Assembly: GCA_964619725.1 (NCBI GenBank)
Contig: CAZUFC010000051.1
Span: forward strand, 1 to 55,229
Length of the DNA stretch: 55,229 nucleotides
Origin: an uncultured bacterium
GTDB lineage: Bacteria; CSSED10-310; CAZUFC01
Direction of reading: 5' to 3'
The notes beneath the pieces are model-generated. The model did no database searches. It saw only the letters and a program-made list of their open reading frames with translations, and was not told the origin of the DNA. The translations under genes were made by a program, and so were the position numbers. Shown piece by piece: positions 29,118 to 38,436 of this stretch (its first letter is position 1; each line of letters opens with the position of its first letter).

Positions 29118-30233
29118 ATGAAAATGAGTTCGTCGGTGACTTATATAGGCATGTTGCGTTCAACGGTAAGTTGGGCGAGGGTGAACCGGGAGGTCTGCCT
29201 GGCGCTGGCCGAGAGGCGGGATGATCTGAAAATTCTGGAGCTGAGGGGATTCAGGTACGACCCTGACATGATATTGCCGGAGAAGCTTGAGCAAAGAATA
29301 GTGAAGGAGTGTAATTCTGATATCAGCATCTGTCTTGATTATCCCCCGAACTATCACAGATTGAAGGGAAGCCGAAAAATCGCCTTGCTTGTTTACGAAT
29401 CCAGCCGGTTGCCGGATAAGTGGGTCAGAAGTATCCTTCGTCATATAGATTTGCTGGTCGCTCCATCCCGTCACAATCTTAAAATATTCGAGCAAAGCGG
29501 CATAAGCAGGGATAAATTAGCCCTGGCGCCTTACGGCGTAAACCGGAGCGTTTTTATGCCAACTGAGAAGAAGAGGAACAGGGAAAAATTCGTTTTTCTT
29601 TCCGTTGGCACTCCTCATGTAAGAAAAGGTTTCGATGTTCTTCTCAGTGCCTACTTAAGAGCTTTCACTGCCGATGATCCGGTGAAGTTGGTTTTAAAAT
29701 TGCCTTTCGATTCGAATGCTGAAAGAAAGAAAAGATTCCCGTGGGAAAACGGCGGCACGACAAAAATGGTTGAAAGGATGACATACGGATTCGAAGACTC
29801 TCCGGAAATAGAAGTGAAAATTGGAGAAATGCCTGACCAGGAGCTTGTCAAACTCTATCAGGACAGCGACCTCTACGTGATGCCTTCTCGTTCGGAAGGT
29901 TTCGGCCTGGCCGTATTGGAGGCTTTCGCTGCGGGTTGTCCTGCGGCAGTAAGCGGCTGGGGCGGTCATATGGATTTTTGCAATTGCAATAATTCCTTTA
30001 TTATAGATTCGACAATGGCCTCTGCAGGAGAAGCGCAATATGACAATGAAGATGAGAAGGCCCTGGTTTGCGATCCTTCTGTGGAGAATCTCTCGGATAT
30101 TATGATTCAGTCGTTCCATAACCCGAAATTGTTAGCGATCAAGCGAAGATGCGCTCTGAAGACGGCAGACCGTTACTCCTGGGGGAATACGGCTGATAAA
30201 ATGCTGGAGTTGATGAGGATGCTGGAAAAATGA
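29118..30233 (+). CDS. Glycosyltransferase family 4
   Basis: YES..LP..W, RKGFDVLL, PSRSEGFGLAVLEAFAAG, GGHMDF. Confidence 0.9.
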   Translation: MKMSSSVTYIGMLRSTVSWARVNREVCLALAERRDDLKILELRGFRYDPDMILPEKLEQRIVKECNSDISICLDYPPNYHRLKGSRKIALLVYESSRLPDKWVRSILRHIDLLVAPSRHNLKIFEQSGISRDKLALAPYGVNRSVFMPTEKKRNREKFVFLSVGTPHVRKGFDVLLSAYLRAFTADDPVKLVLKLPFDSNAERKKRFPWENGGTTKMVERMTYGFEDSPEIEVKIGEMPDQELVKLYQDSDLYVMPSRSEGFGLAVLEAFAAGCPAAVSGWGGHMDFCNCNNSFIIDSTMASAGEAQYDNEDEKALVCDPSVENLSDIMIQSFHNPKLLAIKRRCALKTADRYSWGNTADKMLELMRMLEK

Positions 30234-31213
30234 TGTTAAAGATGGTCCGAATCGAACGGATAAATTTCACTGACAGAACCTTTCAATTTCGTCTGTCTGG
30301 TTTGCCCGAAAGAATCAAAAAAGCGATAGAAAAGAATATGATGCCTCCTGCGCTTGTTCAGGACCTGCAGGAAAGCTGCAGAATAATAGCGGGATTCGAT
30401 ATTTTAGCGGCAGCAAGTTCGGAAAATAGAACAGAAGTTCCTGCTTATGTTCTTCCAGACTACTTGGATCAAAAAACGCTGTGCAGGAAAGCCCTCATTT
30501 ATTCACATTCGCTGCACGAATTCAGGGATGCTGAAACGGCCTATGTTCTCTTTAAACTGAAGGATGTATTTTCCTGGAGCATCCCGGACATTACGAGGGA
30601 ACTCGGCGAATTAACGCCGTTTTCTGGAAACAGGGAATATTTGCGTCAAATGCAGAAAATCGGCAGTTTTCCCCTGGCGCTTCTGAAAAAAACGGTCACC
30701 GGAGAATGTTCTTTCAAGAGGATAAAATTGTTGCTGGAGCTGCCGAAACATAGCCGCGCGGATTTTTTCCGCATTTCGACAGACAAACTCGGATTGACCT
30801 GGTCGGAATTTAAAACCGCGCTCAGATACGTTTCGGAAATGCCGGAAATGAAAACCGAAGGGTTCGGCGGCCTTATGAAAAGCGAACCTTTCCCTGAAAT
30901 TTTACATGACGAAAAGCGCGATAGAAAAACAAAAAACCGTGACTTCATAAAGGCTCTGCATGCTCTTCGTTATCCGGTCGCTTCAGAATTCCTAAAAAAA
31001 ATGGAACGCTCCGCCGGCAGAATCAGGACGCCTGATCGTGTTTCTTTGGTTCTGCCGCATAATTTCGAGAGAAACGAGCTGACCCTGACGGCTCGCATTT
31101 CCCAAAGCGAAGATTTTGAAAAATTACGCGAATGGTTCCAGAACCAGGAAAATTTTACTCAAATATCCAGGCTGCTGAAATATCTGAACTTTCCTGATGA
31201 TTCAGATTATTAG
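30230..31213 (+). CDS. Hypothetical protein with degenerate ParB/Srx-like N-terminus
   Basis: INFTDRTFQF...PPALV...IIAGF pattern, then a helical region. Overlaps both neighbours. Confidence 0.55.
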   Translation: MMLKMVRIERINFTDRTFQFRLSGLPERIKKAIEKNMMPPALVQDLQESCRIIAGFDILAAASSENRTEVPAYVLPDYLDQKTLCRKALIYSHSLHEFRDAETAYVLFKLKDVFSWSIPDITRELGELTPFSGNREYLRQMQKIGSFPLALLKKTVTGECSFKRIKLLLELPKHSRADFFRISTDKLGLTWSEFKTALRYVSEMPEMKTEGFGGLMKSEPFPEILHDEKRDRKTKNRDFIKALHALRYPVASEFLKKMERSAGRIRTPDRVSLVLPHNFERNELTLTARISQSEDFEKLREWFQNQENFTQISRLLKYLNFPDDSDY

Positions 31214-32294
31214 ACGGATGAAACTGTTCAAGACGATAATAGTGGATGAGAGCATTTATGAAACCGGGATTGCTCAGAGCATACTAAGGCGGTTGGACCA
31301 ACGGAGAGTCCGTGTAATGCATACCGGTAAAATTTCCATGATGTTCAATCGAAAGAAGGTTCCTCCGAGGGCTGCAGCACGACAGAAAAACATGTTGATT
31401 CTCGCCCGTCAGACCGGCGAATTTTTAGTTTCTTTAAAACCGCATCCTGCAGTCGCAGACCATTTGCGGACGGAAGAACATCATGTCAGGATACTTCAGG
31501 GTTGCCCTTACGATTGCCGGTATTGCTATCTTCAGTCTTATCTTTCCTTTCACGGTCCGACGATTTACTGCAACGCGGGAAAGAATCTGGAAACTGAATT
31601 ACGTGAATTAATAAGAAATAACGAAAACAGGAATATAGTATTAACGACCGGCGACCAGGCTGACAGCCTGGCGCTTCACGAAATAACCGAGCCGTTGTAT
31701 GAGAGATTTTTTGAGATTCAGGACAAAGCGGGAGACTTCACTTTTGAGTTCAGAACGAAGAGCGCCTTTATTCCCAATCTTCCTGAACAAAAAAGGAAAT
31801 CGGTACGAATCGCCTGGTCCGTTAATCCTCAAGCGCTCATTTCCCGTTATGAAAGGAAAACGCCTTCGCTCCTTCGACGACTCCAGGCAGCAGACAAGTG
31901 TCTGAAGCTGGGCATTCCGACAGCGCTCAGGATTGATCCGATAATACTGACCGATCAGTGGGCGGCTTTGTATAAAAAACTGGCGGACGACATGGAAGCG
32001 ACGCTGCAGAACGGCAAACCGGAATACATTTTATTGGGTTCATTAAAATTGTCGGCGAAACAGAGACGGTTTTTAACTGAATTAGAGGAAGATTCTCTGG
32101 TCAGCGGCGAATTGTTTAAAGGGGTTGATGACCTGTATCGCTATTTTCGCCCGATAAGGCAGAGAGCTTATTTTACTTTGGCGGAATATCTCGAGAAAAT
32201 TTTCAGCGGGGTTAAAATAAAGTTGTCGATGGAACAGGCCTGGATGCAGGAATCTTTGGAAAAACGCTTGGCAGCCCGGAAACAGAATCTTTAA
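31197..32294 (+). CDS. Spore photoproduct lyase family radical SAM protein
   Basis: GCPYDCRYCYLQ, G..ADSLA, EFRTKS, AWSVNP, E..TPSL..RL.AA, DPII, RYFRPIR. Confidence 0.8.
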   Translation: MIQIIRRMKLFKTIIVDESIYETGIAQSILRRLDQRRVRVMHTGKISMMFNRKKVPPRAAARQKNMLILARQTGEFLVSLKPHPAVADHLRTEEHHVRILQGCPYDCRYCYLQSYLSFHGPTIYCNAGKNLETELRELIRNNENRNIVLTTGDQADSLALHEITEPLYERFFEIQDKAGDFTFEFRTKSAFIPNLPEQKRKSVRIAWSVNPQALISRYERKTPSLLRRLQAADKCLKLGIPTALRIDPIILTDQWAALYKKLADDMEATLQNGKPEYILLGSLKLSAKQRRFLTELEEDSLVSGELFKGVDDLYRYFRPIRQRAYFTLAEYLEKIFSGVKIKLSMEQAWMQESLEKRLAARKQNL

Positions 32295-32389
32295 CGCAAT
32301 CGACTTACCGGCGCATCTGTCTCCCAAACATTATCATAAGCCTGCAATGGACGCAGTATGATATGTTTTCAGATTTTCCGGGTTTTTAT

Positions 32390-32965
32390 TCAAGAAATGA
32401 GAAACGGATTGAACATTCTTTCCAGTCCGACTGTCGTAGCAGGTCCATGGCCGGGAAATATCTTGGTCGTATCGCTGCGCTTCAGCAGGTGTTGACGGAT
32501 GGAATCAAGCTGCATTTCATAGCATTTGTTGTCTTTTACCGAACCTAATGATCCGCAGAATAATATATCTCCGCAGAAGACCATATCTTCAACGACAAGA
32601 GATATTGAATCCATAGTATGACCAGGCGTGGAAAGCACAATGCCTTCATAATACCCGAAAGGAATTCTGTCGCCGTGTTCCACTTTCTGCGCTCGGGAAA
32701 AATATCCGGGTTGACGGGCCAGAACCTTGCCTCCGAAAGATCGAAGAAAATCCTCCAGACCGCTTGCATGATCGTAATGGGCATGCGTTATGAACACATA
32801 TTTCACTTCCAGACGGTTTCGACGCATGAAATCCGCTATATCCCGGTGGTATTCCCCAGGATCGATCAAAACCGCTTCTCTCGTGTTTTCGCAGGCCAGA
32901 ACGTAACAGTTGGAATCATTAATATCCAATAGCGTATGTTTGAAGATCATGCCTTCCTCCTTCAA
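32390..32965 (-). CDS. MBL-fold hydrolase (glyoxalase II/YcbL-like)
   Basis: IDPG, THAHYDH, TPGHT, GDILF, PGHGPATT. Confidence 0.92.
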   Translation of the reverse strand: MKEEGMIFKHTLLDINDSNCYVLACENTREAVLIDPGEYHRDIADFMRRNRLEVKYVFITHAHYDHASGLEDFLRSFGGKVLARQPGYFSRAQKVEHGDRIPFGYYEGIVLSTPGHTMDSISLVVEDMVFCGDILFCGSLGSVKDNKCYEMQLDSIRQHLLKRSDTTKIFPGHGPATTVGLERMFNPFLIS

Positions 32966-32966
32966 A

Positions 32967-33872
32967 TCAATCTACGAGCGCACCCTCGAAATTAGCGTTT
33001 CTCGTATCGGTGTTCCGAAAATTCGCTCCTCGTAAATTCGCCCTCTCCAGTATTGCCCCGCGCAGGTTTACATTTTCTAAATCCGCCTCCCGCAAATCAG
33101 CCTCGCGTAATATGATCCCCTGCATGTTCGAACCGGTCAAATTAGCCCCCCGAAAAGTCGCTCGGCTCGCTCGAGACTTTATCAGAGAAGACTTTACAAA
33201 TGTCGCTTCCGTAAAATCAGCCCCCATTAAATTCGCTCGGTCCAGCATGCAATCCGATAAATCGGCATGACGCAATATTCCGCCCCCCAATAACACGAAA
33301 GGCATCTCAGAACCGGAAAGATCAACTTTGGTCAAATCCGCATATACCAGAAATGACTTCGTTAAATTGCTCTCCCTTAAATTCGTTCCAGGAAAACGGG
33401 AATAACTGCAATTCGTCAGCGCTAAATCCGCTCCTTCCAAACTGCAGCCGGAAAATGTCGCCCTTATGAAATTCGATAACTTGAAATCCACTCCATTCAA
33501 TTCGCAGTCAGTGAACGTCGAGGCATCTCCCATTACATTCTCGAAACAACATTTGTTCAGAATACAATCCTCATAAAACATTCCCAGCATCGTCGCACTC
33601 TTGAAATTGCTTGCCGTTAAATCCAACTTTATCCATCGGCTTCCCGACAACAGACATTCCGTGAAATCCCTCTCGTGAAGTCGTAAATCATATAATAACG
33701 TCTTTTGAAATACCCCTCGCTTTAAGTTCTTTTTCGAAAATAACTTCTTTACATATTCCGCCTTCTTCTGTAAATGCTGCCAGCAATGATCAGTCAAACT
33801 TAAAGCCTTCTCACTGCAACCTTCCTTACGACAGCGATTCGCTTGAACGGGTTTTCTTTTTATCCTGTACAT
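32967..33872 (-). CDS. Pentapeptide repeat protein with N-terminal C-x4-C-x10-C-x2-H motif
   Basis: A(D/N)Lxx repeats. AAGGAG RBS before ATG at 33872. The ORF-track ATG at 33944 lies only 2 nt from the -10 box. Confidence 0.88.
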   Translation of the reverse strand: MYRIKRKPVQANRCRKEGCSEKALSLTDHCWQHLQKKAEYVKKLFSKKNLKRGVFQKTLLYDLRLHERDFTECLLSGSRWIKLDLTASNFKSATMLGMFYEDCILNKCCFENVMGDASTFTDCELNGVDFKLSNFIRATFSGCSLEGADLALTNCSYSRFPGTNLRESNLTKSFLVYADLTKVDLSGSEMPFVLLGGGILRHADLSDCMLDRANLMGADFTEATFVKSSLIKSRASRATFRGANLTGSNMQGIILREADLREADLENVNLRGAILERANLRGANFRNTDTRNANFEGALVD

Positions 33873-33946
33873 CCGTTTCTCCTTTAATTCTCGTTCTCTG
33901 ACTTCACAATCCCTGACAATGCTCTCCCATCCCCGGATTTCCATTT

Positions 33947-33975
33947 CTTATACAATCTATGACTTGCAATGTCAA
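33947..33975 (-). promoter_or_regulatory. Sigma70-type promoter
   Basis: Minus strand TTGACA, 17 nt, TATAAG upstream of the pentapeptide gene. Confidence 0.55.
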
Positions 33976-34104
33976 TAAAAAACCTTAAAATTCAATAAAT
34001 TCAATATATTATCTGTCAGGGTCCTAAAAAGAATGACAAGGCAGGAAACAAGTTTTACGAAATAACCTGTTTATTCGTTGACGATGCCCTTGAGATAGCC
34101 GATT

Positions 34105-34584
34105 TCATTCGAGGCTCAACCTTAAAAAGAGATTGAAATGATCGGGGATGCGTTCGCTGTTTTCAAAGGTTAGTTGATCGATATAGAGTTTATTATCGAG
34201 ATTGGTTAGGTATTTGAGAAATTGCAGGAATTCTTGGGGACTCAAGTCTCGAAAATGCAGTTCAAACATTTTTTTATCGGATGATGCAGGGCTAAGGGGA
34301 TTCAAACCGATCAACCGGGAAGTGAGTCGCAATTTATCGACGTCAGATTCCATTTCAGCCATAAAGGAAGTCAGGTCGGAATTTTTATGAGATTCGTTTT
34401 TCAGTGAATGCCCGGAAGGTTTGATAGAGTTTAGTTCATCATTGAGTTTTTCCAGGGCTGCGATATTTTTGAGCAATGAGCGGTTGGAGTCGCTAAATAA
34501 AATCAGCGACAAGCCGGCCAGGGCCAGAAGCATAAGACGTCGTGGAAAAGGATCATTTAACATTTTCGACAGTTTAGAGATCAT
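34105..34584 (-). CDS. GspM/PilO-like bitopic membrane protein
   Basis: N-terminal TM, coiled coil, and a ferredoxin-like C-terminal pattern (FLQFLKYL...YIDQL). Follows the GspL-like gene. Confidence 0.5.
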   Translation of the reverse strand: MISKLSKMLNDPFPRRLMLLALAGLSLILFSDSNRSLLKNIAALEKLNDELNSIKPSGHSLKNESHKNSDLTSFMAEMESDVDKLRLTSRLIGLNPLSPASSDKKMFELHFRDLSPQEFLQFLKYLTNLDNKLYIDQLTFENSERIPDHFNLFLRLSLE

Positions 34585-34586
34585 TT

Positions 34587-35975
34587 TTATTTCATGATAA
34601 TCAATTTGAACTGAAATCTCAGGCGGTCATGCACCGGGTCCTGGTCAGCAGAAACAATTGTAGTTTCCGGAGAGACCTTTTGAAGAAAAAGTTTTAATTG
34701 ATTCAGCTCCTTGAAACCTTTGGTTGTTCCGGAAAGCGTGCATTCGTCATTATTACATTGAAGAGAATTGAATCTCCAATGAACCTTTTGAGCGGATTGC
34801 TCGAGAAGTATTAGAGCATCGAGGAATGAGGAAATTTTCAAATATTTATTGACTGAGACGTCCTTTTTGTAATGGATTATTGCCTCTTTCACCTCATCAA
34901 TCTGCCGGAAGGGCATAAGAAAAGCGTCGTTGCTTTTTTCAAAAATTTGTCTTTTTAATCGTTCATTTTGAATCCGATAAGAAATATTTTTAAGACCCAG
35001 ATTAAGGACCAGCGATGCCGCCAGGATCACCAAAGCAGTCAACAATCCAAGAGTTTTTGATCTGATTGAATATGTCGGTTCAGCCTTAGAGAGACTTCTT
35101 TCGTTCCAGGTCATATTGTTGAAGAGCCCGTGGTTATTGAGGTTGGTTAAAGAGGTGTTTTCCATCAGATTTTCGATATCGACCTCATCGGACGCGACAA
35201 GAGCAAATCCGTAGCTTTCAATCAGCCGCTCAAGGTTATCGGCGATGGGGGCTGATCCCGTTTTTACAATTTTTACTGGGTCTTTCTGGCCCCTGCTTTC
35301 TATTGTTTTTCGCCAGGAACTCAATATGAGAGACAACTGAGGCAGCAATTCCTGATAACTGGAATCCGGGTTAACAGGGAAGGTGCGGAAATCCGCAATT
35401 CTCCGGCCGACCATAAGGCAGGCCGATATTCTTTCCCGAGAGAAATGCAGAAGCCCCAAATCAGAAGAAGGCAATTCCCGGGAGAAATATTGCATTCTGA
35501 TTTCAGTAATCAGACTTACGCCGGTGATTTTACCGCTGCATTCAGCGATGCGACTGATCAGTTTCGCTTCCAGTGCGGGATGGATCAGGTAAGCGACGAC
35601 TATACATCCGGGCGATTCATTCAGGGGAAAAGCTTTAAAGTTATAGTTCGTATCGGGTGAGGAGAACGTATCCCTTTTTATCTTAAACTTCACGCTGTTC
35701 TTGATTTTCTTTTTATCAGAGAAGGGGAAGCAATAGCGACGAACGGATATCGCTTCATCAGGCAGGACCAAATGATAGTTTCCGTTTTTAATACGTTCGT
35801 CCTTGATAATATCCTTGGCCGCGGAATCATTTTCCAGGAAATCATTCAAGGAGACCTTCATTTTGGATTCAAGTCTGAATTCATCGCCGGCGGTTGAACG
35901 TTTAAACAGGTAAACGGCTTCGTCCGTAAAAAGAATAATTCTGGAACGAATTTTTTTTGTAAAAAGGTGAGTCAA
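34587..35975 (-). CDS. GspL/PilM-PilN-like protein
   Basis: R..FPFSDKKKI motif of the GspL cytoplasmic domain, single TM, periplasmic LSGTTKGFKELNQL. Confidence 0.6.
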   Translation of the reverse strand: MTHLFTKKIRSRIILFTDEAVYLFKRSTAGDEFRLESKMKVSLNDFLENDSAAKDIIKDERIKNGNYHLVLPDEAISVRRYCFPFSDKKKIKNSVKFKIKRDTFSSPDTNYNFKAFPLNESPGCIVVAYLIHPALEAKLISRIAECSGKITGVSLITEIRMQYFSRELPSSDLGLLHFSRERISACLMVGRRIADFRTFPVNPDSSYQELLPQLSLILSSWRKTIESRGQKDPVKIVKTGSAPIADNLERLIESYGFALVASDEVDIENLMENTSLTNLNNHGLFNNMTWNERSLSKAEPTYSIRSKTLGLLTALVILAASLVLNLGLKNISYRIQNERLKRQIFEKSNDAFLMPFRQIDEVKEAIIHYKKDVSVNKYLKISSFLDALILLEQSAQKVHWRFNSLQCNNDECTLSGTTKGFKELNQLKLFLQKVSPETTIVSADQDPVHDRLRFQFKLIIMK

Positions 35976-35990
35976 ATTAAGAATCCGAGG

Positions 35991-36527
35991 CTATCCGAAA
36001 TCCCGTTGAACGTTTTCTTTCAGTTCGGAATAAAGTCCGTATAATTCGAGGATGTCGAAAACCGGTGAACTTTCTTCGCATTCCTCTGCTATCAGTTCAA
36101 GCGTCTTGGGGTCTCCGTTTCCGGCCAATTCCATGAAGTAGAGCCACTGCAGCGGGATCAAGGGAATATCGCTTCCTTGAATATTAACGACCGCGTTTTG
36201 ACCGCAGATGTCGTCAATGGGCAGAAACAACTTTTTTGAGTTGTAAATCAGGGAAACGTCACCTTTGACATGCACGACGGTATCCAGAATTTTGAAGGAA
36301 CCTAAAAAACCTTCAAACTTATCGGTTTTTACCGGCTGAATTCCTTTAACAGCATTCTTTTTGAAGTGAGTAGGGAAATCATATATTCCGATCCTGGTGG
36401 TATAGATTTCAATATTCCTGGCAGAAACCGGCGTTCCTTGCAGAATTAAAGCCAGGTTGCCTCCGACAGCCCAGGGATTGGAACTGTTTTTTAATCGGCT
36501 GTGAATGAGTTTCAAACAATTTTTCAT
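35991..36527 (-). CDS. Nucleotidyltransferase-fold protein, catalytic Asp pair apparently degenerate
   Basis: WAVGGNLALILQG...ARNIEI, where DID is expected. Confidence 0.55.
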   Translation of the reverse strand: MKNCLKLIHSRLKNSSNPWAVGGNLALILQGTPVSARNIEIYTTRIGIYDFPTHFKKNAVKGIQPVKTDKFEGFLGSFKILDTVVHVKGDVSLIYNSKKLFLPIDDICGQNAVVNIQGSDIPLIPLQWLYFMELAGNGDPKTLELIAEECEESSPVFDILELYGLYSELKENVQRDFG

Positions 36528-36820
36528 AAATCATTTCCTTTGGTGATCGTTTCGATCAGTCTCCAGTTTTCCTCATCATCCTGACTGTAGATTTCATAGT
36601 GGCCTATGGAGTTTTCGATCATCAGGTCCAGAATTTCTTTTTTATCTTTGCGGTTGATTATGAGGGCCAGGCCGCAATCGCTTCTGATGCTTCTCGGCGC
36701 AGTAATCAATCTGCAGTATAAATTATTTTTCAGCAGGGTCCTTTCGGCCTTTATCGTCCAATATGTCGAATTCAAAATAATCAAATATTCCGAAGATAAA
36801 TCGTCATCCGATCGTTTCAA
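36524..36820 (-). CDS. DUF3343 putative Se/S carrier protein
   Basis: ST...IKAE..L...LITAPRSIRSDCGLAL. Adjacent to the cysteine desulfurase. Confidence 0.85.
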   Translation of the reverse strand: MKRSDDDLSSEYLIILNSTYWTIKAERTLLKNNLYCRLITAPRSIRSDCGLALIINRKDKKEILDLMIENSIGHYEIYSQDDEENWRLIETITKGNDL

Positions 36821-37949
36821 TTAAAGCCTCGTGTAGTATGTCCAATTCCTTTTCCGTTGTAAAGGGACCTAATCCTATCCTGACGGTTCCTTCCGGAAAA
36901 GTCGCCAGGGATTTATGAGCAAGAGGAGCACAATGCAGTCCGCTTCTCACGATTATTCCGTAATTATCCGCCAAGGCCTGTGAAACCACCGCCGGGTCCC
37001 TGTCTTTGATATTGAAAGAGACGACTCCGACCGAGTCTTTGCAGGTTTGCGGTCCGTAGAGAATCACTCCTTTTAAACCGGAGAGTTTTTCAATCACTTT
37101 TTCTCTCAAATGCATTTCATGCCGGCGCAGATTCTCAATGCCTTTTTCCAGGATAAAGCCCACGCTTCTGTGCAATCCGGCAATGCCTGATATGTTCATT
37201 GTGCCGGATTCGTGGCGTTCCGGCAACAAACCGGGTTGCTCCGTGGAGTCAGAACGAATCCCCGTGCCGCCTTCCATGAAAGTTTTCAACTCTATGCCGT
37301 TGCGAATGTAGAGAAGACCGGTGCCGGAAGGACCGAGCAGTCCTTTATGGCCGGGACAGGCCAGCAGGTCAATGTTATCTTTTTCGACATCAATGGGAAA
37401 TATGCCGGCTGTTTGGGCCGCATCCGCCAGAAATACTATATTACGGTCACGGCAGCGCTTGCCTATCTCCGATAAACGCGTTAACGAGCCCGTTACATTG
37501 GATGCATGCACAAGTATGATCATCTTTGTCTTTGAAGTAACCTCACGCATGATCGCTTCTGGGTCTATAAAGCCTGTTCGACTCGCCTGAACCGTTTTTA
37601 TTCCAATATTCAATTCATTGCGTAATTTCGTCAAAGGCCGTAAAACCGAATTGTGGTCCATGCTCGTATGGATCACTTCGTCTCCAGACTCAAGTATTCC
37701 CTTTATTGCAATATTCAAAGCATGGGTGCAATTCATCGTAAAAATGATGCGCGACGAATCCTTTATGTTGAACAAGGAGGCTACGGATTCACGAGCCTCA
37801 AAAAGAATTCTGTCGGAAGATAAAGCGTCGATGCCCACTCCGCGTCCTCTACTGACATAAGGATTATCGATCATTTCCCGGACTGCTGCTCCGACGCCTG
37901 GAGCTTTCGGCCATGAAGAAGCGGCATTGTTCAAGTAGCAGATCGCCAT
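36804..37949 (-). CDS. Cysteine desulfurase family (class V PLP aminotransferase)
   Basis: NAASSWPK, HNSVLRPL, HASNVTG, DAAQTAG, PGHKGLLGP, RSGLHCAP. Confidence 0.92.
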   Translation of the reverse strand: MAICYLNNAASSWPKAPGVGAAVREMIDNPYVSRGRGVGIDALSSDRILFEARESVASLFNIKDSSRIIFTMNCTHALNIAIKGILESGDEVIHTSMDHNSVLRPLTKLRNELNIGIKTVQASRTGFIDPEAIMREVTSKTKMIILVHASNVTGSLTRLSEIGKRCRDRNIVFLADAAQTAGIFPIDVEKDNIDLLACPGHKGLLGPSGTGLLYIRNGIELKTFMEGGTGIRSDSTEQPGLLPERHESGTMNISGIAGLHRSVGFILEKGIENLRRHEMHLREKVIEKLSGLKGVILYGPQTCKDSVGVVSFNIKDRDPAVVSQALADNYGIIVRSGLHCAPLAHKSLATFPEGTVRIGLGPFTTEKELDILHEALIETIG

Positions 37950-38111
37950 TAGTTGCGTCCTCCCGAATCGTTATTTTCTCAAAAACCATGACCGAATTCA
38001 AAAAAAAAATTGGGACTGATCAAATGGAGCTTGCAATTTTCTCGAATTATCTCGTCACTTATCCATGATGATCTGTGGCAAAAATCGACCGGAACCCGAA
38101 GAGGTATACTG

Positions 38112-38133
38112 GGAGCGCAGGCTTCCAGCCTGC
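38112..38133 (+). repeat. REP-like palindrome (GGAG foot)
   Basis: ggag-c-gcaggct-tcc-agcctgc. Single copy seen in the window. Confidence 0.5.
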
Positions 38134-38355
38134 CTTCGCATCGACAATCTCAAAGAAACGAAACGGCAAAAATCCCGGGCGAAAAGCGTAAAGCCGCCCG
38201 GAAACCAAATAACCAACAAGTAAAAAATCAAACATTGATGTAATCGAAAAACGCCCTTCAAAGTCAACGCCGGGGCGGTATATTACCGGAAGAAGGTCAG
38301 CAGCGATCGTAGGACATTTGAAAAAAAACACCATCTATGTTCTCAAAATCCTCTT

Positions 38356-38385
38356 TTGACATTTTAATAAGAAAAAAAATATACT
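38356..38385 (+). promoter_or_regulatory. Sigma70-type promoter
   Basis: TTGACA, 18 nt, TATACT upstream of 38437. Confidence 0.5.
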
Positions 38386-38436
38386 TTTCGTCGCGTTTCG
38401 GGTTAAATCAGGAAAAACATACGAGCCGTTCAGAAT

